Below, piece after piece: positions 8,934 to 15,296 of a stretch of 27,523 nt of DNA. Below the pieces are notes generated by a model. That model did no database searches. It saw nothing but the letters and a program-made list of their open reading frames with translations, and was not told the DNA's origin. The translations under genes were made by a program, and so were the position numbers. The stretch is from NCBI GenBank assembly GCA_003694325.1, contig RFKJ01000021.1, positions 1 through 27,523 of the forward strand, given 5' to 3'. This stretch comes from Deltaproteobacteria bacterium. Lineage in GTDB: Bacteria > Myxococcota_A > UBA796 > UBA2385. Positions within the stretch are counted from its first letter, which is position 1, and the number at the start of each line of letters is the position of its first letter.

Positions 8934-9668
8934 CTAATCCGACACCGATGTCCCGCGATCCGACAGAGCAAGCATCAACGGGGTCAGCTCCTCCATCCAG
9001 GCCAGGTCTTCACGCAGGGGCGCCACCATGGTTGATTCGCAGTCGTCGGGAAGAATTCCGTTGGTGCACGCATCATCCATCACCTGCAGGCTGCGCTCGG
9101 CTCGCTGGATCTGCTCTGACCAGGGCAGAAAGTCCTCATCAGACGGGCCCTGGAGCACAACGTCATCCCGCTGTATGGGCCCCGACTCAGGCACGGGGCC
9201 GTCCACCCCGACCAGCTCACCTGTGCCAAGCGCAACGCTGCCCTGCGCATCGATCAGGACGACGGAGAACAGACATCCTTGCACATTGACATCCATATGG
9301 AACGAGAGATCCGGAGCCACCGGCACGATCTCTCCACACCCCATCACGAATGCCTGCCGTCCCTCCAGCAAGCCGACGTCCATATCGATGCTGCCGTCGA
9401 CCTGCATGGTCGCTCGCGACAGTTCGGGCGGCGCGGTACGCGCCTGATCTCTCACGTTGGTGGGGGCATGCTGCATGGCCGGGCGCCCCCCACCTACCGC
9501 GCCCGGGTTCCCACGCCTTTCAGCCTCCGTGGCAGGTTCGCCAGGCAAAGGTGACTCCGCCAATTGATGTCCAGCCCGGCCACCCGATCCTCCGTTCCAG
9601 AGCCAGCCCACTGCGAACAGGCACCCCGCCAGCATCGCGACACCTGTCCATCGGGCACCGCGTTGCAA
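8934..9668 (-). CDS. Hypothetical membrane-anchored protein (operon gene C)
   Basis: TTG at 9668, 3 nt after the gene B stop (alternative ATG at 9635). N-terminal WTGVAMLAGCLFAVGWLW; beta-rich middle; helical C-terminus with DDACTNGILPDDC. Confidence 0.7.
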   Translation of the reverse strand: MQRGARWTGVAMLAGCLFAVGWLWNGGSGGRAGHQLAESPLPGEPATEAERRGNPGAVGGGRPAMQHAPTNVRDQARTAPPELSRATMQVDGSIDMDVGLLEGRQAFVMGCGEIVPVAPDLSFHMDVNVQGCLFSVVLIDAQGSVALGTGELVGVDGPVPESGPIQRDDVVLQGPSDEDFLPWSEQIQRAERSLQVMDDACTNGILPDDCESTMVAPLREDLAWMEELTPLMLALSDRGTSVSD

Positions 9669-9671
9669 CGG

Positions 9672-10058
9672 CTACCCCAGCACGATCGAAGAGATCCCGT
9701 CGTCGGCGACGCAGTACTTCTGGTCACACGCCGACCACGTCAAGTTGCAGTCTTCATCGATCCGGTACTCGCGCCCCTCATCCTTAGGGCAGGTCGAATC
9801 GGGACACTTCTTTCCCTTCCGTGGTGTGCACTTTCCTCCACCATCGAGCGAACCCGGACCTGTCGGATCTTCCTGGGCAAGAGCCACCACCTGAGTCCCG
9901 CACAGGCCGGGCAGACCCGCCAGGTGGCTTCCGGCACCCGCGATGCCTGAACCGGTGATGTCCTGGACGCCCGACGAGCAATTTGATGCCGACCCCGACA
10001 ACCCCAGCGCCCCCTTGCCATAGGGCGACGGCAGGGTCGCGTTTCCGTTGAGTGCCAT
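9672..10058 (-). CDS. Hypothetical Gly/Ser-rich protein with a C-terminal 6-Cys domain (operon gene B)
   Basis: TGATG overlap with gene A at 10058. 128 aa with 8 Cys, six of them in aa 77-116. No classical signal peptide. Confidence 0.75.
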   Translation of the reverse strand: MALNGNATLPSPYGKGALGLSGSASNCSSGVQDITGSGIAGAGSHLAGLPGLCGTQVVALAQEDPTGPGSLDGGGKCTPRKGKKCPDSTCPKDEGREYRIDEDCNLTWSACDQKYCVADDGISSIVLG

Positions 10059-10459
10059 CAGTTGCTCCGGGTCTCGACGCGGATGCTGGCCAGCCCGGCA
10101 GCAAAGGCGGTGCCCGAGCTGTTCTTGACCCGTACGCCGAGGCGCACGAAGGTCTTGGACGGCGTCGGCAACGCCGTGAAGCTGGTCTCGTACGTCGTCC
10201 CGTCGGTCGTACGCTCCGTCGTCGTCTGCGCGTCGCCGAAGTAGACCGCCGCATCCCAGGTCACCCCGTCATCGGAATGCTGGAGCGCCGGCTGCACCTG
10301 CACGTTCCCCGACGCGTTCTCCAGCTCCAGCGCGGTACGAGCCTTGTCCATCTGCGTCGTCACCATCGGTCCGGTGAGAGGGAAGAACAGCCACGTCGTG
10401 GCGTTCGCCCCGGAGTACACCATGACCGGACCCTTCGCGACAGTCTTCGAACATGTCAT
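10058..10459 (-). CDS. Hypothetical Thr-rich, probably all-beta protein (operon gene A)
   Basis: SD AGGAGG (10465-10470) 5 nt before ATG 10459. Alternating beta-strand patterns and the motif ALQHSDDGVTWD. No signal peptide. Confidence 0.8.
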   Translation of the reverse strand: MTCSKTVAKGPVMVYSGANATTWLFFPLTGPMVTTQMDKARTALELENASGNVQVQPALQHSDDGVTWDAAVYFGDAQTTTERTTDGTTYETSFTALPTPSKTFVRLGVRVKNSSGTAFAAGLASIRVETRSN

Positions 10460-10502
10460 CGAACCCTCCTTTGCGGGACCACCCCGTCGATTCGATGGAC
10501 AG

Positions 10503-10552
10503 ACGCTACTCTCTCTCTCTCTCGCATGTCACGAGATGTCACCGGATGTCAT
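10503..10552 (-). promoter_or_regulatory. Putative sigma70-type promoter of the five-gene operon with three phased direct repeats and a dinucleotide-tract spacer
   Basis: Minus strand: GTGACA (10532-10527, 5/6 match to TTGACA), 18-nt spacer TGC(GA)7G, then TAGCGT (10508-10503, TAnnnT). ATGTCA occurs on the plus strand at 10526, 10536 and 10546. Confidence 0.5.
10509..10523. repeat. (CT)7C microsatellite
   Basis: CTCTCTCTCTCTCTC read directly; I noticed no comparable CT/GA tract elsewhere in the window. Confidence 0.95.
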
Positions 10553-10755
10553 GCGGACCCGCAACCACCAGCGTTCGGCAACCAGGCGTCCTCGGCCGCA
10601 CCACGTCCCCCTCGGTCGCCTTCCGCCTCCACCCTCCGCCACCACCCCCCGGCCCGTCCGCCCGGGCTCGCGCGCCTACATCGAAAGTCCACGACAAACC
10701 AGACCAGAAACTGTCCGATAATTCTTGAGGCTGGGGGTGTGGCGACGGCAGAATC

Positions 10756-10764
10756 TGTTATGAT
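10756..10764 (+). promoter_or_regulatory. Putative extended -10 promoter element of the HNH gene
   Basis: TGTTATGAT (TGn-TATGAT) ends 6 nt before ATG 10771; no SD-like sequence is seen before that ATG. Confidence 0.4.
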
Positions 10765-10770
10765 GTGTGC

Positions 10771-12513
10771 ATGCTCGGGAAACCCAACCATGAGCGAAGC
10801 TGGTCAAGGAGCGAGGAGTCGCCACGCCCCGACGCGCCGCTCCTCGCCCACCTGGCCGTCGAAGCCATGCGGGCGTGGCCGGCCGGTGACCCGCGCATCG
10901 ACCGAGTGCGGCAGGTTGCGCGGGCGCTGGCCCGGTCGGCGGGAGCCATCGACCTGCGGCTCGCCCGGGTCTGTTGTTTCATCCAGCAGCAGGATCTGCG
11001 ACCCCTGGGCTACAGCTCCTTCACGGCGTTCATCCGCGAGGAGATCTGCTGGGACCCATCCTGGCAGCGCCGGCTCGCCCGCCTGCTGCGCAGCGACCTC
11101 CACCTGGTGAAGGCAGCCGTGGTCGAGGGCGTCGTGCCGCTGACCCGGGCCCTGGATGCACCGGGCCGGATCCACCCCGACGAACAGCGCGCCTGGATCG
11201 AAGCAGTGCTGGCCGGCGCGGGCGATGATGCCGATCCACCGGCTGACCTCGGCACACCGGACCGACTCACGGGCAAAGACGCGGCGACCGTCCGCCGAGC
11301 CCGACGGCGCACCCGCCTGCTGCTCGGGCGGAGGGTACCGGACCGGGTGGCCGACCAGCAGATGCTGGCCTGGCACGCCCAACGGGCGCTGCCTGCCGAC
11401 CTGCTCGACCAGGCGCGGGCAGCACCACCCCCACCCGACCTGTCCCCGGCCAGTTGGCCGGACCCGCTCCCCGATCAAGTCGACGACCCGACCACGCTGC
11501 TGCTGGGCCCGTGGACGGACCCCGCCACCCTCCACGAAGCGCTCGACCGAGCAACAGTGCTGATGGCGGCGCGCGACAAGCGCCGGGTCGCGCTCGCCCG
11601 ACTGCTCGTCGACATCCACGATCGCTGGATGTACCTCGGCTGGGGCTTCGACCGCTTCGACGACTGGGTCCGCAACGACCTCGACATGTCGGTGCGCCAC
11701 GCCTGGCGGCTCCGGGCAGAGGGCAGAGCCATGGCCGGCCTGCCGACACTCGCTCGCGCGGTGGACCAGGGCCTGCCCACGCAACGGGCCCGCGCGCTCG
11801 CCTCGCTCTCGCACACGGCGGACGAGCTGCGCCGCTGGCTGGCGATCGTCGACCAGCTCCCGACGATCGAGCTGCAACGGACAGTCGCTCGCCGAGGCCG
11901 CGGCAGCACACGGCGTCGGGACGAAGCGCGGCGTCGGGATGGAGCGCGGCTGCGTCGCTACGAAGCCCTCCGGGACGACGCTCCCGACCTGGTCCGGCGG
12001 GCGATCGCCCGACGGCAGGACCGGCTGGCGGACGCGCCACTGACAGAAACTCGCGGCCATTCGGCAGGGCTGGCTGGCTGGACGGCGGATGCGCGGCCGC
12101 TGGGCCCGCCCCCGGTCGAAGGACAGCCGCTCGCCGGCATCAGGATTGCCCTCCACGACCCGGATCCCGCCCCCGACCATCGTCCGCACCCGCTGGTTGT
12201 CGCCGAGGGGGTGCTCGAGGCGGCGCGCTGGCTGCTGGACACGCTGCAGCTCCCCCGAGAACGCGGCACCGGCCGGATCCGGCCGGCCAGCGACTACACC
12301 TGCGCCAACCCGGAGTGCCGCACCCGCAGCCTGCGGGTCCAGGTCCACCACGTCCAACCCCGTGCGCTCGGCGGCACCGACGAGGACGCCAACCTCCGCT
12401 GCCTCTGTCCAAGCTGCCACCTGCGGCTGGTCCACGGCGGCTTCATGGCCATCGAAGTCGTCGACGGGGCCGACGTCTTCCTGTACCCGGGCCGCGCGGT
12501 GGTGGTGCGATGA
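10771..12513 (+). CDS. HNH endonuclease with two DUF222-like helical modules
   Basis: C-terminal YTCANPEC...VHHVQPRALGGTDEDANLRCLCPSCHLRLVH (Zn-binding Cys pairs plus H-N-H, nt 12295-12438). Modules LGYSSFTAFIREEICWDPSWQRRLARL and WGFDRFDDWVRNDLDMSVRHAWRL. Alternative start GTG 10765. Confidence 0.9.
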   Translation: MLGKPNHERSWSRSEESPRPDAPLLAHLAVEAMRAWPAGDPRIDRVRQVARALARSAGAIDLRLARVCCFIQQQDLRPLGYSSFTAFIREEICWDPSWQRRLARLLRSDLHLVKAAVVEGVVPLTRALDAPGRIHPDEQRAWIEAVLAGAGDDADPPADLGTPDRLTGKDAATVRRARRRTRLLLGRRVPDRVADQQMLAWHAQRALPADLLDQARAAPPPPDLSPASWPDPLPDQVDDPTTLLLGPWTDPATLHEALDRATVLMAARDKRRVALARLLVDIHDRWMYLGWGFDRFDDWVRNDLDMSVRHAWRLRAEGRAMAGLPTLARAVDQGLPTQRARALASLSHTADELRRWLAIVDQLPTIELQRTVARRGRGSTRRRDEARRRDGARLRRYEALRDDAPDLVRRAIARRQDRLADAPLTETRGHSAGLAGWTADARPLGPPPVEGQPLAGIRIALHDPDPAPDHRPHPLVVAEGVLEAARWLLDTLQLPRERGTGRIRPASDYTCANPECRTRSLRVQVHHVQPRALGGTDEDANLRCLCPSCHLRLVHGGFMAIEVVDGADVFLYPGRAVVVR

Positions 12514-12540
12514 CCCACCCCGCGCGTGCCCCGCCGACCC

Positions 12541-13503
12541 TCACCGCCCCAGGTAGTCCAGCACCAGCTCCGGCCGCTCCGACTGGGCGATCAACATCCC
12601 CTCGGCGAAGGCGGCGTCGTACTCGGCGTAGTCTTCCGCCCCGACCACGATCAGGTCCTGGACGAAGATGTCGCGCAGGGGGCGGTGGCCGGCGGCCAGC
12701 ACCGGCTCGGCCAGCTCCGGCGTCGTGTCGTCGATCTCGACGATCACCGGTGGATGATCGGCAAAGTGGGCGAGCTGTTCGTCGAGCTGTTCCTCTGTGT
12801 CGACCCGGATCATGGTGTACAGATCGGGTTCGATGGCCAGGGCCTGGTCGATCTTGTCGACACTCGACGTGTCGAAGATGGCCCAGTCGACGCTGTCGGT
12901 CTCGACGATGTCGGCGACGAGCAGGTCCACCCGGTCGGTCTTGTTGGCGTCGACGAGCACGTGGACACGGCCGCGGGCGGTCTCCAGTATCTCCCGAAAG
13001 GTGGGGATCCGCTCGCAGGAGAAATCGCCCGGCAGGTCGCCGGCCTCGATGTGCAGCGCCTGGACCTCGGCCAGCGTCATCTCGCTGACGGTGCCCTCCC
13101 CGTCGGTGGTGCGATCGACGGTGGTGTCATGGACGTTGACCAGCACACCATCGGCGGTGGGGCGCGGATCGGTCTCGACGTAGTCGACGCCGTAGGCGAT
13201 GGCGGCGCGCACGGCGGACACGGTGTTCTCGGGCGCGACGGCGCCAAAGGTTCCGCCCATGCCCCGGTGGCCGCTGACCAGGCGGGTCTTGCAGGTCCGG
13301 TCGACCATGCAGGCCGGATCGATGGGATTGACCCGATCGGGAACGCGCTCTGCGCGGCAGTCGTACACCGAGGGGTCGGGGACGCCGCTGCTGCCGGTGT
13401 CGCCCGCCGTGTCGTCGGCGGCGCCTCCGTCTGCACCGCTCGAAGCGCCGTCGGAGCCCCGGGGCGAGGTGCAGGCGAGCAGCGCGAGGACGGCGACCAT
13501 CAT
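12541..13503 (-). CDS. Glycerophosphodiester phosphodiesterase (GDPD; GlpQ/UgpQ family) lipoprotein
   Basis: VSGHRG, APENTVSAV, DYVETD, VLVNVHDTTVDRTT, RIPTFREIL; MMVAVLALLAC lipobox. Confidence 0.92.
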   Translation of the reverse strand: MMVAVLALLACTSPRGSDGASSGADGGAADDTAGDTGSSGVPDPSVYDCRAERVPDRVNPIDPACMVDRTCKTRLVSGHRGMGGTFGAVAPENTVSAVRAAIAYGVDYVETDPRPTADGVLVNVHDTTVDRTTDGEGTVSEMTLAEVQALHIEAGDLPGDFSCERIPTFREILETARGRVHVLVDANKTDRVDLLVADIVETDSVDWAIFDTSSVDKIDQALAIEPDLYTMIRVDTEEQLDEQLAHFADHPPVIVEIDDTTPELAEPVLAAGHRPLRDIFVQDLIVVGAEDYAEYDAAFAEGMLIAQSERPELVLDYLGR

Positions 13504-13571
13504 GGGGGAGGACTAACCGGGTCGACCCGCAACAAGCGGCCCGCTCCACTCCCACCGGGGTACAGGACCGC

Positions 13572-15296
13572 GTGTCCCTGCGCCCACCGCACCCGGTCCT
13601 TGCCCTCCCGCTGGTCGCCGGGCTCCTCGCCGCGGCCCGGGCCGCGATCCTCACCACGTCCCGGGCCCCCGACCGCCTGCCGACCCTCGACGACGCCTGG
13701 CTGGTCGAAGACGCGCCCACCCTCGACGAGGCCACCCTGCGGGGCGCTCCGCTGCCACCCGACACACTTCGCGCGCTGGCAACCCGCACCTCGGCCGCCG
13801 ACCTGGTCGAGCTGCGCCCCCTGGCCGGTCAACCCATGGTGCCCGTCGACGTCGCGGGCGAGCCCACACCCCTCCCGGCGGGCCTCCTCCCCCGCATCGC
13901 CGCGGGCCTCGGAACCCACGCCGACTCGGCCCTCGACATGGCCCTCGACACCGCCACCACAGCCATCCGCGACCCCCGTGGCGAGCTGCCCGAGGGCCTC
14001 GCCGAGGGCTGGCGCGCCCGGATCGCCGCCGGGCTGCGGGCCGAGCTGAAGACCTGGGGACCGAGCCTCGCCGCCGGCAGCCGCCTGGGCCACCGCGACC
14101 GCGTCCTCATCGCCGGTCTGGGCCGCGACGCGGCGTGGCACCTCCCACGTGCGCTGGCACCCCACGCCGAGCCCCAGACCTACGCCGCCTGGCTCGACGC
14201 CCTCACCGCCTGGTACGACGACCACGACATCCCCGCGCATCGCCTCGACCTCGGCCTGCCGGTGGGCCCGGTGGACGTCCGCCGCCTGCTGCTGGAGCCG
14301 GCCCCCGACCCCGATCCACTGGCCGCCGTCGGCCGCCTGCTGGCGGTGCAGCTCCTCGCCCGCGCCGGGCTGGTCGAGGTGATCTTCGCCGGCCACGGCC
14401 GTCGGGTGACCGACCCGGTAGCCGACGCCGACCGCTTCGGACCCTACGCTCCCGTCCCGCTGCAGGCCGGCGACGAGTGCGAGGAGCTGGCCATCCTGCG
14501 CCGGGAACGGGGCGGCCCGGCCCTGAGGGTGGGCTTCTGCCTGGGGTCCGACGCACCGCTGGTCGCCTTGTCGTGCAGCGCCGCCGCCGCCACGCGGGCC
14601 GGCCCCCAGCACGGCACGGCCACCGTCGGCTGGTTCCTGCGCAGCGGAACCTGGCCCTCCTTCGAGCGCATCGAGCCCATCGGTTTCCGCCTGTTCCCGC
14701 TGCTCCAGCAGCGCCTGCTCGCCGCCGTCGCCCCCGATGACCTGGCGGACGCCGTGCGGGCGACCCTCGACGACGCGCGCGAACGCGCCACCCCCTCGAC
14801 GGCGATCACCGGCCTGTCGCGCCTGGACGACGGCGCCTGGCGGCTGCGGGTCGGCGGTTCAGGTGTGCCCGATGTCGTCATTGTCGACGCCACCGTCGAC
14901 ACCCTCTCGCCCACCCTCGATCGCCGCATCGGCCTGGCGACCACGAGCTGGCGGCTCGTGCGCGCGGCCCCCGACCATCTCGGCGACCCCGACCTCGTCG
15001 AGGCCATCGACCTCTGCGGCCCCCACCTCGACTGCACGCCGATGCTCTCCCAGCTCGACGACATCGAAGGCCCGCTCCCCACCACGGCCGAGCACCCGCT
15101 CGTGGTGCGACTCGACGGCCACGCCGCCCGCCTCGCCCACGCAGCCGACCGCGACAACGCCTGGGTCCGACTGGCCATCGTCCAGGGCGACGACGAAGCC
15201 GACGACGCCTTCCTCGACCGCACCGAACGGCTGGTCGGCGGGCTGCACACCCGCCGGATCCAGGGCCTCGCCCTGGTCAGAACTGGTAGTAGATGA
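13572..15296 (+). CDS. Hypothetical protein (574 aa), no family recognised
   Basis: Long ORF with host-like GC-ending codons that fills the gap between GDPD and MBOAT; possible hydrophobic N-terminus; 3' end overlaps the MBOAT 3' end by 20 nt. Confidence 0.65.
   Translation: MSLRPPHPVLALPLVAGLLAAARAAILTTSRAPDRLPTLDDAWLVEDAPTLDEATLRGAPLPPDTLRALATRTSAADLVELRPLAGQPMVPVDVAGEPTPLPAGLLPRIAAGLGTHADSALDMALDTATTAIRDPRGELPEGLAEGWRARIAAGLRAELKTWGPSLAAGSRLGHRDRVLIAGLGRDAAWHLPRALAPHAEPQTYAAWLDALTAWYDDHDIPAHRLDLGLPVGPVDVRRLLLEPAPDPDPLAAVGRLLAVQLLARAGLVEVIFAGHGRRVTDPVADADRFGPYAPVPLQAGDECEELAILRRERGGPALRVGFCLGSDAPLVALSCSAAAATRAGPQHGTATVGWFLRSGTWPSFERIEPIGFRLFPLLQQRLLAAVAPDDLADAVRATLDDARERATPSTAITGLSRLDDGAWRLRVGGSGVPDVVIVDATVDTLSPTLDRRIGLATTSWRLVRAAPDHLGDPDLVEAIDLCGPHLDCTPMLSQLDDIEGPLPTTAEHPLVVRLDGHAARLAHAADRDNAWVRLAIVQGDDEADDAFLDRTERLVGGLHTRRIQGLALVRTGSR

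Noticed and set aside
10447-10462. TCGAACATGTCATCGA resembling an actinobacterial SOS box (TCGAAC-N4-GTTCGA)
   Set aside because: It has two mismatches in the right half, overlaps the gene A start codons, lies about 300 nt from the HNH start, and the host does not look actinobacterial.
11911-11950. 18-bp imperfect tandem duplication (RRRDEA/RRRDGA) in the HNH gene
   Set aside because: Only two copies, in frame within an Arg-rich linker; no evidence of a function.
10560-12540. IS-like terminal inverted repeats or target-site duplication around the HNH gene
   Set aside because: Only short C-rich or CGCGCG coincidences were found; there is no transposase or RuvC motif, so it is not called IS, IscB or TnpB.
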